A stretch of DNA of 63,492 nt, filler included, from Reclinomonas americana ATCC 50394 (lineage: Eukaryota): NCBI GenBank assembly GCA_048213135.1. It is 21 parts of 21 records of this genome, joined end to end, with 100 filler letters (N's around TTAATTAATTAA, not from the genome) between each part and the next. Parts side by side here need not be neighbours in the genome. Positions count along the whole stretch, not along the records: positions 32,676 to 47,200 come from AFZH01022773.1; positions 47,301 to 49,505 come from AFZH01022774.1; 19 more parts are not named here. One strand, 5' to 3'. Positions 34,911 to 49,605 of this stretch are shown here, one piece after another; the first letter of the stretch is position 1, and the number at the start of each line of letters is the position of its first letter. Under the pieces are notes generated by a model. That model worked only from the letters and a program-made list of their open reading frames with translations, had not been told where the DNA came from and searched no databases. The position numbers and the translations under genes are program-made.

Positions 34911-36340
34911 ATGGTGCGTGCACATGCGCTCGCTCTCTCTCTTGTGCACTGTCTCTCTGTTGTGCGCGTGTGTGTGCTTGTGTGCGTGCGTGCGTGTGTG
35001 GCCAGAGTCCAACACGAACCTGCCATGCCATGTTGTCCATCGTCGTCGTCGCGCGCGCTCTCCTCGTGTGCACTGACTGTGTGTGCATGTGTGTGTGTGT
35101 GTGCAGGCGGCACCCAGAACCAGCAAACTGTACCAGTTCATAGGGTACCGCATCAAGGTTTGCCTCTCTTTCGCGCTGTGTATATGTGCATGCATGCATG
35201 TGAGTGTCAGTCATTGTAACCACCACCACCACCACCGCTCGGCAGGTCACCATCCAGGACACTCGTAGCCTCATCGGCACCTTCCTGGCATTCGATCGGT
35301 GTGTGTGTTTGTGTGCAAGGGTGGCGGTCATTTCGCCAGCCATGGCGCGCGCTCACTCTCTGCCTGTTTGTGTGCACGCAGTCACTTGAACTTGGTCGTC
35401 GGCGACTGCGAGGAGCGTCGTGTGATTCGATCCAAGGCCAAGAAGGGTTGGTATTCGTGTCATGTTGCAGGTCACTTGCATTTCGCCTCTCTCTTATGTG
35501 CGTTCTGCAGAGGAGCGCGAGGAGAAGCGAGCGCTCGGCCTGGTGATCATTCGTGGCGAGAATGTGGTGTCGCTGATCATTGAGGGACCGCCGCCGGCCG
35601 GCGACAATCGTTTGAAGGCCACAGAAGCAGCACAGGCTGGTCCGGGAATGGGCAAGGCCGCCGCTCGTGGTGCGTGTTTTGCTGCACTCGGGAGTATGTG
35701 TGATGCAGCTGGTGCCGGCGACTGAGACCGCTCTATGTGTACCGATGCAGGTGTTCCACTGCCGCCTGGTGGTGCACCGGTGCCGGGTCTGGCTGCGCCG
35801 GGACGTGGTGTGGGTGCTGCTGGTGCGGCCGTGATGCAGCCACAACAGGCGCATCGTGCCGCGCCGCCCATGGCCTACCCGGGTGCACCTGGCGGCCCGC
35901 CGCAAATGGGTGGCCGAGGAATGCCGCCGGGCCCACCGCCACCGCCTCCAATGGGTGCGTTGTCTGTGTGTCTCCGCGTACGACGACGCGCAGTGTTGCT
36001 CACCTTGTGTGTTTTGCTTCGCCAGGCATGCCGCCAATGGGTCGTGGAATGCCCGGTATGCCGCCTGGAATGCCACCGATGCCAGGCATGCCGCCAGGCA
36101 GTTTCGTCCGCGTGTCTCTTTCCCCGTCGTCGCTGTGTGTTGACGTTCTTGCTCTGCAGTGATGCCGCCGGGTATGATGATGGGCCGTGGTGGTCCACCG
36201 ATGGTCAGTGACGCGTCACGTTGAGCATGCTTATTTTTCCTCGTCTTCTCATTCTGCTTCTCCCGGTACTTCAGGGCGTCCCCATGCCGCCAATGCCGCC
36301 CATGGGCCGTGGTATCCCGCCACCGCCGCCGCCTCGTTAA
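34911..36340 (+). CDS. SNRPB: Spliceosomal Sm protein B/B'
   Basis: Spliced [41 protein letters not shown]...[19 protein letters not shown]; Pro/Gly/Met-rich tail; start exon inferred. Confidence 0.93.
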
Positions 36341-36633
36341 TGATGGTTCGAGAGACGTGCAGCGTGGCCAGTGACTGTCGGCGCGACCCTTTGCAGCCAA
36401 CAAAGAGTGCGCACAGTCCGACCGTGTTGCTTCGGTTTTCTCTTGCCCTTGTCGTCAATAGTCTTTTGGTGGGTTGGTATGTGGGAGTGGGAGTGGGAGT
36501 GGTCATGGGTGCATGGTTTTCGGTGGTCGGTGAGTGAAAAAATGTGAGAGGTTGTTGTGGTGACCGCGTTGTAAGTAAGGGGACGGGACGCGTATGTACA
36601 CACATGCATTACGTTGTATTAACTAGCAAGAGG

Positions 36634-38935
36634 CTATGAACCGACGTGCTCGGAGATTACTTTGATGAGATTGGCACCTGGCGATTGTATCAGATTAGTT
36701 GCGTGACACGATGCATGCTCTCTTGCTGACCTTCTAACGCACCTATGAAGGATCCGCAGTCGCCTAGGAAGAGCCAGAAGGAGAGCGAAACGAGGTGGTA
36801 CTGGGATTTGACAGTGCGGTCGATGTGTTTGCACGACTGAGCGTATCTGCGGTGGTGACGATGATGTGTGAGACAAACAACAACTGCTGGTGGTGGTGGT
36901 GGACACGTGGAGACGCAGCAGTGATCCGTTGCCAAAGGCAACAAAGAAACTGCAGAGGGGCGCGATGATGGCCACGTGGCTGACGCCGACGACCTGTTGG
37001 AAAGAGGAGAAGTGTGTGCGTCAGCTGGAGGATGACATGGTCGAGGGCAGTCGAAAATCGACGCACGATTCCGATAATGTTGGAGATGAGCAGCCACATG
37101 GGATGGATAGTGCGGATTCTGCGTAGGAGAGCATATCAGCCAAAAGGGGTCGCGCGGTGGTGAGATTAGCGAAAACATACTTGTAGAAGATGCGCCGTCC
37201 AGAAGTGTCGCCGAGGAAGAAGAAGATATCGAAGATCATCAAGAAGACTGCACGCGCGGAGAGGGTGGTCAGAAGGCAGGCTGGTTGACACGCGTGGCGA
37301 GACGTAACAGTCGCGAGGAATGGAAGTGTGACCCCACAGCGTGACACTGCTTCCGGTGTAAATGTACAGAATCACTCCCGGACTGAACATGGAGACGGAG
37401 AGCATGTTGATGCTGTCCGTGGAACGATCAGTGAGTATGTCGGCGCAGAAGATATGCACGTTACAATCAAACCTCATTGCGGTCGAGTGCCATCCCATCT
37501 TTGGCATCCACTCACGCCACTGCTTCAAATCCTGCACAAGCACTCATCGTGATGAATGATCGCGACAACACCGGCCGTGTGGAGCACGCATACCTTGATG
37601 AAATCCTTGACATTCTGCGCCTTGACGGCTGTGGCGGGTCGGCCAGCCACAATGAACAGCCGAGCAAGATAGGTGGCTACGCGCGAGACCCGCATGCAGT
37701 CAGCGACATGTCTTCCCGCGTGAACGAGTCGGTGGCAGAGTGCAGCATACCGAGTCCAACAAAGAGCAGAACAGCTACACCCGAGTACAGTGCCACCACG
37801 GGCACTCCAAACTGGAGCAGCAGGAAACCGCCGACGGTGATGATTACAATACCCGACGGAATGCCCACCACCGCCCAGAACTGCACAACCGGGGGGTGAG
37901 CACAGCAGACCTCGATTCGCAGCACTAAAATCCCAGCGGTGGAACCTTGGTGTTCCCCAGCGGCGTGTACAGATTCAGTGCATTGGCCCTGCAGATCTGC
38001 GTTGGTGGAGGAATGCGACACCTCCTGAGCAAAAGCCCCACGCAACTCGTACGTGCCGATTCCTACACCACCAAAGCTGTAGGCCGCAAACACATCTGCA
38101 CACAAGCACGTCGGTGGCTGCATCCACAGAGGGCAGCATCGACCCAGACGCAACAGGCCACAGTCGGGTTAGCGACTTGCGTGACACACAGAAGGAGGAT
38201 CATGGAGAGGAGCAGGCTCGAGATGGCAATCAGCACACGCCACCGTGGATGACACCATGACTGTGTCACGCCGTAAGCAAGCAAGCGAAAGAGAGAAGAG
38301 CGCCGTCGTGCATCGCCACACCACGCACCATCAAGATCATGTGACCGGGCCGGAAGATGAGATTGAACAAGTACAAGAAGGACACCGCTCTGTCGACAAA
38401 GAGAGAGCGTGTGTAAGACCATCAGCTGTCACCGTAGGAGGAGGAGAAAGAGAGAGAGACGCGCACGCACAGATGAAAGACAGACGACGCCTCGGACTGC
38501 TCGTCGTGAATGTTGAGTGGCGCCAGCAACTGCGCCTGCAACGCAAACAGCGCCGCGTAGCCCGCAAACACAGGAAAGGTGACCAGAAAGGCGTCGTAGT
38601 AGGTGCGCTTGGTGGCCACCGGCACGCCATCCTCCAGTGTTTGTGTGTATCGACTGGCAGCATCATCATCATCATCACCATCATCGTCAATGCCATCACT
38701 GCTTTTGCCCTTCTCTCCTGGTGTGTGGATTCCATCAAAGGGCTCCAGCAGAGGTCGCGGGTCCACTGTGTGCGTGTATTGGTGCAAGCAAGCAAGTGAA
38801 GTGTCGGAGAAAGAAGAGCGCACTCGCACCTCCTCCACTGTGAGCTGACTTGGTGCGAGTGAGCGCTCCCGAGCCAAAGGAGTCGAGTCGCCCAAACGGG
38901 ACCGACATCACAGTGGTCGGCGTTGGCTCAGACAT
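36634..38935 (-). CDS. Multi-pass membrane protein, CLN3/battenin-like MFS fold
   Basis: Many hydrophobic exons; FAGYAALFALQ, GGVGIGTYEANALN, FWAVVGIP; family call from recalled resemblance only. Confidence 0.5.
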
Positions 38936-38978
38936 GCGATGTGTGGTGGGTGACAGAGAGATGACGTTTCACTGTCGA

Positions 38979-40471
38979 TCATACCCACTTACTGCCCGTA
39001 TTCAGCATGTGCGATTGGTGCTTGGGTAGTGGCAGTGGATTCTCGTAGTAGGCGGGTCCGGGCACCTTGGTGATCTTCGGGGGACTGATGGCGCGCTCGG
39101 TGCCACTCATAAACACAGAGGAGGAGATCAGGCGTGGCGTGTTGGCGGTCCGGCCGACTTCGTACTCGCCTGGACCGAGTGCTGGCGTGATGGCCGTCGA
39201 TCGGCGCTGTAGCACGTTGCCGAAGCGATCGCGCCCGTCCACCACGAATGGTCTGGTGAAGGGGCAAGCAACACAATGAGCGGAGGTTGCTTCACGCAAA
39301 GAAACACGACGACAACGAACCGTGACGGTTTCGGTGGACCTTGCACCAGCGCTGCTGATGCCGCCGACGCCGCCGACGGGTCGGAAAAGTATGTACCCGG
39401 ACCCGGCGGTCCCTCCGTGCTCCCCCTGCGCGCATGCAATCATCATCATCATCAGCACTCGGCACACACACCAGAGAAAATGAGGCAGCACCCGAGCGAA
39501 ACTTGGATAATAGCGCCGCAGCTGGCGTGGCACGGCGCTTGGCCGACAACGACGGCCGCTCAGTTGTTGAGCGGAACACGCTCGACTGCAGCGTGGTATC
39601 CTTGTACTTGGGTCCCACATCCACCTGCGGCGAGTACACTCCCGGTCCGAGACGCGGATTCGACGACGCCGCCACCGCATCGGCCAGCGTCCGTCGCGGC
39701 GGAGCCACAAACGACGATTGCGCGCCTGCCCGTGACGTACCCACCGAACCCTTGCTCGTCGTCTGCGTCCACCAGTCAGCAACCCAACCCCACAGTCTCC
39801 GACTCACATGCACTCAACATCGTACTCTCCAGGACCCGGCACCGCCTTCCTGTGCCTCTCCGGATCAGCTAACCGCGTCTCCTTGAACACCGCCGACGGC
39901 GCAGTCGCTCCACGACTCCCAATCGAGTCCGCGCGGTACTGACCAGGCGCCGGCGGGTTAAACGTCGGCCCGGGCGCCTCCCACCACAGCGAACTCTGCA
40001 CACGCTCCCTCTCAGTGACACACGCACACACACACACACACACACTGCTCTCTTCTCTATACCTTACTGGCCATGGCACCATATCCACGCTTGGAGAAGC
40101 TCTCCGCAGCACGCGCAGGCGCCGCAGCAGCAGTGTACGCACCCGGTCCCGGATTCTCATCCTGCCACACCCAGTCAGCTCCCTCCGTCTCTCTCTCTCT
40201 CTTGGCCTCATTAACACACGCAATGATGCACCTCACTGTACTGAAATCGCTCTGTGCGTCCCAGAAACCCGTCGGCCTCCTTGTACTGATTCGTGTTGAG
40301 CACGGTCTCGTACTTGGATGGAATCGAGGCTGTCGCCCGTCCAATCGGCACATAACCTGCAACCAAACAGTGAGACAAGCATAACACAAGCACACATACT
40401 CTCTTGTTTGTATGTGTGAGTGTACCCTTCCTGATCCGCCCTGTGGACGATCCGCGAGGCCGCTCGGTCAT
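38979..40471 (-). CDS. SHIPPO-repeat ciliary protein, STPG1/MAPO2-like
   Basis: Repeated PGPG.Y motifs (NPGPGAY, PAPGQY, PGPGEY, GPGVY, PGPAYY); SIPSKY, GFLGRTERF, SFSKRGYG. Confidence 0.8.
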
Positions 40472-40576
40472 GGTGTGAAAAGAAAACGTACGCGAGCAGT
40501 GTCCACGGGACAAACGCGGAAAATCACTACCTCTTTCGTGTGTGTGTGCGCGCGCGTGTTATCCCCTTCCTCTACA

Positions 40577-43374
40577 ATGGACGTTACTCAGCTCCTCAGC
40601 CTCCTGCGCCTGCGGTATGTGCTGTTGTTGTTGTTGTGGGTTACACTGATGCATGCATGCACTTTTGTCTCATGTTATTTTGTGTGCATGCAGCTGCGAG
40701 CAGCGCTTTGCCAACCCGCGTGCGCTGTTCCGCACGTTTGATCTTGATCGGTGCGTGTGGGCGTGCGTGGGAGTGGGGGAGCGCGTGCGGAGAAAATGTT
40801 GGGTGTGTGTGTGTGCCATGACGCACTCTCACTTTTTTTGCCTTGTGCACGTAGCGCATCGCGTTTGACTCGCAAGCAAATGACCGATGGCGTGGCCACG
40901 TTGCGTCTTCTGACAAGCATGCGCTGTTTAAAGCGAGATTCTGACTCTGGCGCACAGGGTAACTGGTGTGCAGATGAACGACTCACAGGTGTGCCTCTCT
41001 GTCGCTCTTGGTGTGTCTCTGTGTGTGTGTGTGGGTCACTCAAGCGCGCTGCAGGCCAATGAGTTCTACAACTTTTTCGATTTGGACGGTGGGTGTTGTC
41101 GCCTAAGGGTGATTGCATTGCCCGTATCCGCTCATTGTCTCTGTGGATGTATGTGCAGGCGACGGCCAGGTGTCGTACTCTGACTGGATCTCGGTGTTTG
41201 AGCGCAAGGAGACGTTGCGTTTCTGTCTCTCTCTTTTGATTCCTCCTTCTCTGTGCCAAGCTGCTGACTGCGTGATGTGTGTGCAGTGAGATCGTCCGCC
41301 CTGCGTTGCGTCATGTGCTGCAGGTCACGCGCTCGGATGCTGCCGCGATCCTCACTGTTTGCTGCATGTAGATCGGCTGTGGGCTCGGTGACCACGCCGT
41401 CACGCGCGGCTGTGGCAGGCACGGTGAACTCGCCTGGTCTGAAGCTGGCCGCCGCGTCGGGTGCCTCCTCGCCCACCGGCAGCCGCATCTTCCCGACTGG
41501 ATCGCCCGCTCGCCCGGGCTCTGCTGGTCCCTCGTCGGCTCGGTGAGCACATTCTGTGGGAGTGTTTGCATTCCGCGTCGTTGCTCACGTTGCTGCAGCA
41601 CTCCTCGTGACGTTGAGCCGCCGCGCCCCGGTGAGCCGCAGTTGGGTGACATGCTGAAGAAGCTGCGCGATACGCTCGCACGCCGCGGCACCACCACCAT
41701 TGCTCGCCTCGGCAAGGCCTTTGGCATCAGTTGCGCTGCTCACTCACCACACCAAGAGACGCACTTTGCTTGTCTGCACGCTGCTGACGACATTGCTTTC
41801 ATGCAGTCGACGACGATGGTTCCAAGTCGATCGACGTCCCCGAGTTTAAGAAGGTGCTGCGCGAGTACGGCATTGAGCTGTCGAACACCGAGTTCGAGGT
41901 GCTGCGCCGCCACTTTGATCGCAACAACGACGGTGTGATCTCGTACGACGAGTTCCTGTTTGCCATTCGAGTTTCGTGCACGCCGCGTATTTTCCGATCT
42001 CTCAACCCGGGCTGCTGACACTGTGTGTGTGTATGTGATTTGTCGTGTAGGGTGAGCTGAATGCTCGCCGTCGTGACGCCGTGTGGCGCGCGTTCAAGAT
42101 CCTCGACACCAACGGCAACGGTGTCATTGAGTTGGACGACATTCAGGCCAAGTACAACGCCGCCGGTCACCCCGACGTGCGCTCCGGCCGCAAGACCGAG
42201 GCGCAGGTTCTCCGCGAGTTCCTCGACACGTTTGATGCGGGCGAGAAGGACGGTCAGGTGCACCTCGACGAGTTCGAGGAGTACTACTCCGCCGTGAGCG
42301 CCAGCATCGACACGGACGACTACTTTGAGCAAATGATGGACTCGGCGTGGAACCTGCAGCACACGCACACGAAGCGCCAGTTGCGCCACTCTCCATCCAT
42401 CTCCACCCTTTGTTCTTGCAATACGAACCTCACTCTCTTTCTCTTATTCTCTCTCTATCTCTCGTGTAGACAAGGTCGCCGTGCCAACGAGGAGGCGCAG
42501 GCTGCGGCCACGGCTGCCGCTCGCAGTGGCCGTCGCGCACAGCCGACTCGCGCCCCCCTGGCGGTGCTGGAGGTGCTGGAGAACATTCGTCAGGCCATGA
42601 AGCGCCGCGGAACCTTTGACATCGCGTCACTCGGCCGCGCCTTCAAGATCTTCGACGACGACAACTCAGGCACGCTGTCGGCCGACGAGTTTGCCAAGGC
42701 CATGAGCGAGCGTGGCATTGACCTGTACGATGCGGAGCTCACCGAGCTCATGCGATACTTTGACCGCAACGGCGACGGCTTCATCAACTACGACGAGCTG
42801 CTGCTGGGCCTGCGAGTGCGTGACATGCCTGTCAGTCGAGTGCATACATCGACTCGGGTGTGCTCATGCAGTTGTTATTGTTTGACAGGGCGACCTGAAC
42901 GATCGTCGCAAGAAGGCTGTGCGGGAGGCGTACGCACGTCTGGACTTTGACAACAGCGGCGAGGTCGACATGCGCGACATTGTCGGCCGGTACAACGCAG
43001 CGGCGAACCCCGAGGTGCGTGCCGGCAAGAAGACCGAGCAGCAGGTGCTGCGCGAGTTCCTCGACAACTTTGATCAGGGCCAGAAGGACGGTGCGTGGAG
43101 GCATGCCTTGAGCAGAGCGGAGTTTTGATTCTCATCGTTCTCTTGTTGTTTCGGATCGTGCAGGTGTGGTGACGCTGGAGGAGTTTGAGAAGGCGTGTTC
43201 GATGTTGAATTCTGTTGCATTCAAGAGTGCGTCGTTTCCTGACCCTCCTTTTCTGTGATATTGCAGTACTACGCCAATGTCAGCAGCAGCATCGACAGCG
43301 ACGAGTACTTTGAGGCGGTGCTGGAGAGCTCGTGGAGGGATCGCTCGAACCCACGACGTGGCGTGGCTTTCTGA
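40577..43374 (+). CDS. Multi-EF-hand calcyphosin-like protein with a duplicated calcyphosin module
   Basis: EF loops DDDGSKSID, DRNNDGVIS, DTNGNGVIE, DDDNSGTLS, DRNGDGFIN; two copies of YNAA.(H/N)P.VR.G.KTE.QVLREFLD.FD...EF..YY..VS.SID.D.YF; about 14 introns traced. Confidence 0.87.
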
Positions 43375-43584
43375 GCATGCACACTGCTCCACCCCCCGAC
43401 TGTTCGATTGTTGTTCTTTTTCCACCCTCTCCACTCTTTGGTCCTTTCGGCCGCAAAGAAAACACGAAACGCCATTCTTCGATGCTGACAGGCAGAGTAA
43501 AATGGTGATGCGCACACACACACATACGTCCCTCCGTCCATCGCTGTCCTGGCGGAAGATTGTCGATTGATCCTCATTCCTCGC

Positions 43585-43830
43585 ATGCGGAGCGACGTGC
43601 GTCAGGTGTACAAGACGCTGCTCTTCATGCTCCGCGAGTACCCGGGCGGCGTGAGTGGCAACCGGGAGCGCCTGCAAGCGGCCTTCCGCAAGCAGAGCGC
43701 GTTGAGCGGCGAGAAGGAGATCTGCGCTGCTGTGGATCGCGGATGGTTTGTGGTGCGTGAGCTGGAGGCACTGCATTACCTCAAAAAGTACCGCACCCTG
43801 CGGCAGAGATATGCCACCGAGGAGTCATAG
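43585..43830 (+). CDS. LYRM5: LYR-motif protein 5 / ETF regulatory factor 1
   Basis: VRQVYKTLLFMLREYP...RG.FVVRELEALHYLKKYRTLRQRY. Confidence 0.85.
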   Translation: MRSDVRQVYKTLLFMLREYPGGVSGNRERLQAAFRKQSALSGEKEICAAVDRGWFVVRELEALHYLKKYRTLRQRYATEES

Positions 43831-43889
43831 TGTTGTAAAACAAAAAAAAAGCCACGTTGCAGCATTCATTGTGTGTGATGTGTGATCAG

Positions 43890-45132
43890 CTAGCTTCTTG
43901 ACATCCTCCGTGGTCTTCTTAGCGGTGAGCTGCCGACCTCGAGTGGGACTTGATACATGTCCTTGATTTCGGTTGCGTCGAGCTCGCTCTCGGAGGAGGA
44001 TGCCGACGGTGACGAGCACGAGTCGCGGTCGAGATCGCGGAAGCTGTTGGATCGTGAGCTGCCGCGTGAGCTGGCGTACTCGATCACCGACACTGACTCG
44101 GAGAAGCGCACGCTGCGACTCAGTAGGGACGACTGGCGAGAGGAGGAGTCAGTGGCGAGAGGGGAAAGGGAGCTCGAGGTTCTGTTTGAAACAGACTCAC
44201 CGATCTCCTGACGCTGGTGAGCGACGGGTACTTGGCGGGCATGGGACTCCTGGAGCCTCGCCTTGAGCTGAGGATCGACTCTGGTTGCGTGCCACCCTCG
44301 TTGTCGTGCTGACGCGGCGGGTGGCCTCGTGTCAATTCCGAGAGTGGTGCGGCGGTTCTGTGATGTGGAGGGAGTGAGCGCTGTGTGGTTGATTCGCAGA
44401 CTGACACAAACACACACACACGTGCGTACGCAACGAATGCTTTGGTTTTCTGGGCACACGTGCCTGCCCGCTGCCTTCCAGCGCCGCTGCGGCTCTGTCG
44501 ATGCCGTTGCTGACCACATCGGTCAGGGGAGCTGACCGGCTCGGACGCCGCCTTGGTGACGACGAAAAGTTACCGACCAGTGCCGCCACGCTCTGCTGTT
44601 GCTGTCGTGGTGACTGCGAGACCGCCAGTGCAGTCGACGATCTCCTTCCTCGCGTTGGCGAAGCAGCCGCACGAGGCGATCCGTGCCCCTCCGCAGCCCC
44701 ACCAATGATACGTGCAGCCGCGGCCTCGGCCGCCATCTGCCTCACCGACGCCTTGGGCGAACCCAGCGCACTTCCATCCGTGTACAGTGCCTCGTCGGTC
44801 ACATTGTAGGCAGATCCACGCGCAGCAGTCACCGCGGCCATGATCTCCTCCATGTCGGCATCGGTGCTCCCATCGTCCATCAGCTTGTTGCGGGCCACGA
44901 TGGAGTTGCGCTTCATGGAGCGTGTGGATCCTGGTGAACGTATGGCCGCTGCGGCTGCGGGTGATCCCACACGAGGAGAGTTGCTGCGCGAGGCCTCCTT
45001 TGCCTGCTGGTGTAGTACACGAGCGGCCAGTGACACCATGGTCCCATGGGCAGACTTGGTCGCCGGCAACAACGATGCGGTTGCTGCTGCGGCTCCTGGA
45101 GGCGCAACCACGACTGAAGCCCCACAGCCCAT
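43890..45132 (-). CDS. Ser/Ala-rich protein with N-terminal MGCGAS dual-acylation motif
   Basis: ATG at 45132 gives MGCGAS; two long exons. Confidence 0.5.
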
Positions 45133-45526
45133 CGACACTCACACACACTCTCTCTCCCCTGTGCACTCGAGATATCAGTTTTGTCGTTTCTGTTTGTGCA
45201 GGGGCACGTGCCCGTGTAATCAAAGTTTTTCAACATTGCTCACGCACCTGTTCGCTGGTGTTTTCTCGCTGATGGCGCGCGCGTTGTGTGGCACTTGAGT
45301 TTGCAATTCGTTCTGCGCACGACTCAAAAAACGAGCGACTTTTCAGGCACACTGAATGCCTTCTCTCGCTGTGTGCAATAAACTAATCGAAAAACCGACA
45401 TTAGACGAAAAAGGAAAGAATTTCGTTTGTGTCATTCTTTTCATTCGTCCTCCGGTTGCATGCGCTCGCTCGCCACCCGCGCACATACGTCCTTCTCTCT
45501 CTTTCTCTTTTCTTCGTCGGCTTCGA

Positions 45527-47192
<1,666 letters not shown>

Positions 47193-47300
47193 CTGTGTGT
47201 NNNNNNNNNNNNNNNNNNNNNNNNNNNNNNNNNNNNNNNNNNNNTTAATTAATTAANNNNNNNNNNNNNNNNNNNNNNNNNNNNNNNNNNNNNNNNNNNN

Positions 47301-49505
47301 TGCGTTTCCATGTCTTTGCAGTGCGTCTCATCACGCGTTTTTGTGTATCGTGCAGGCACTTGCCAGTCTGACCAAGAAGTACGAGACCATCACCGACTCG
47401 TTGATGTCGATCGAGCTGCTGGTCGACGGCAAGATGACAGGACGCAACCCCCTGCTGCAGTCGTACTATGGGCACTGGGAGAAGCGTGTCTTCCGTGCAC
47501 TCTGCAAGGTGGGCTGTTTGTTTTGGCAACCTCTCCACCTCCTGTTTCCTCACGGCCAACCCCCCCCCGCTGCGTACAGATGGTCATCAACAGCCTGAGC
47601 AAGATGCACCAGTACGTGAGACGTAGCAGCAAGGAGCTGCCGCTGTTCCGTGCTGTGCTCGAGCTGAGTCCGCCCGATGTGTTGGTGGAGCCGACAAAGG
47701 AGGACATGGAGCGAGTGCTTCGCCGCATTCCGGACAAGATCATTGAGAGCACGAAGCAGTTTGTGCGATGGATGCGCGGCACTTGCATTCCGGTGACGCA
47801 GGGCCAGATCGAGGCCGAGAACATGGGCGACGATGACGACACGCTGGCCGCAGTCACCTTCTTCCCCGACATCCAGTTGACGCCGCAGATCTCCAAGCGC
47901 CGCCGCGTGGTGCAAAAGTCCATGTCGTACGCTGTCAATGCCATTGAGCAGATGCGTGCCAAGTGGAAGAAGCACTTTTCGTTGTTCTGGACGCAAGACA
48001 GGGTGAGTGGTGGTGGTGGCAGTGTGTCGTGATCTTGCGATGGTGACCTGATGCGTGACTCGACTGCAGAACATGACGGCCGACAACTACAACATGGAGA
48101 TTCGACAGGCCATTGTCGAAGGCCGCAAGTCGCTGGGCGAGTCGGCCGATCTCGAAAAGGATCCACCTCTCATTCCGCTCACGGTTTGTGGATGTCTTTC
48201 TTTTCTTTTGTGTGTGCTTGTCGTCGTCTCACAGTCGCTCTTGTGTAGCAATTCGAGAGTGAGTTCCTGGATCTGGAGGGCTTCTCGCACCAACTCGATC
48301 ACTACTCCAAGATCGAAGTGGTCAATTTCATCAGCGTGGACCGTGAGAAGCTGATGGAGGCCATTCACGCGCAAGTGCGCAGCTGGATTGTCGCCTACGG
48401 TTGGTTGGACGTTGAAAGAGTGGCTCCTTTGTCCTGCTTTCGTAGTGTTGCTCACTGCTCTCATTGGTGTAGGCAAGCATGTGCGTGATGCAGCACAGGC
48501 GCTGGCGGTGTTTATCGAGGACCAGATCCGCGAGTTCAGCGACAATCTCGCCCGACCCACCAACGAGGTGGACGAGCTGGAGTTTGTGCTGAATGTGTTG
48601 GCCGGTGTCAAGGAGCGCGCCATGGAGGTCGAGATGAAGTTCAAGAACGTGCTGGATGCGTACGACTTGCTCAACGCGTACAATGTACCGTTTGACGCGG
48701 AGGAATTCGAGTTCGCCGTGGCGCTGCCCGACAAGTGGATGCAGCTGTTGGACGACGCCGAGGATTTGCAGAATCGACTGGCACCCATCAAGGAGCAATT
48801 CAAGGATGTTGCGTCTGCCAAATGCCTGTCGCACGCTGACTTGTGTGCGTCACGTGCCTGACCTATGTGATTTGTTGGTTTCGTGCAGACAACTCGCGTC
48901 GAGGCGAGCAAGTTCCACGCCGAAGTCAAGGCGTTCCGGCAAAAGTTCTTCGAGCACGGCCCGGGTGTGGGTGAGGTCAATCTCGATGGTGGACTGGAGA
49001 AGATGGAGTGGTACCGCACCGAGTTGGCCCGCCTGCAAGAACTCAAGTGCGTCCCACACTCAACATACAGTGTGTGTGTGCGTGCGTGCTTGCAACTCAC
49101 TGTCGTGTATCGGTTGTCGTGAATCAACAGGGACAAGAACAGCAAGTCGGAGCGCCTGTTTGACCTCGAGGTCACCGAGTATCCCGAGTTGATCGAGGTG
49201 TCCAACAACATGGAGAAGCTCAGCAAGATGTACGACGTGTACGCCAGCTGGAAGGTGTGTGTCTCCTCTCTCATTCCTGTCCAATCCGCGCCTATTCGGA
49301 CGCTGATGAATGCCGTTTCTCTCCCACGATGTGCAGAGCACCCTTGAAAAGTGGTCGCGCACGCTGTGGTCCGAGGTCAACATTGAGGAGATGATGCGCG
49401 GCACGCAGTCGTTCATCTCCAACATGAGCAAGAGTGCCGATCTGAGACCACTGCGCACGCACCACATTTACAAAGCCATTGACGATGCCATCAAAGCGTG
49501 CGTTG
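47301..49505 (+). CDS. Axonemal dynein heavy chain tail fragment, DNAH10 (inner arm I1 alpha)-like
   Basis: YYGHWEKRVFRAL..MVINSL, PLFR..LEL.PP, ESTKQFVRWMRGTC, F...GPG....LD.GL, ERLFDLEVTEYP, WSRTLWSEVN. Confidence 0.8.
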
Positions 49506-49605
49506 NNNNNNNNNNNNNNNNNNNNNNNNNNNNNNNNNNNNNNNNNNNNTTAATTAATTAANNNNNNNNNNNNNNNNNNNNNNNNNNNNNNNNNNNNNNN
49601 NNNNN

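Noticed and set aside
41730..41806. Reading the shifted donors as non-canonical TT-starting introns slid by one base
   Set aside because: Sliding would change conserved residues and lose the AG acceptor. GT-AG boundaries give the correct protein.
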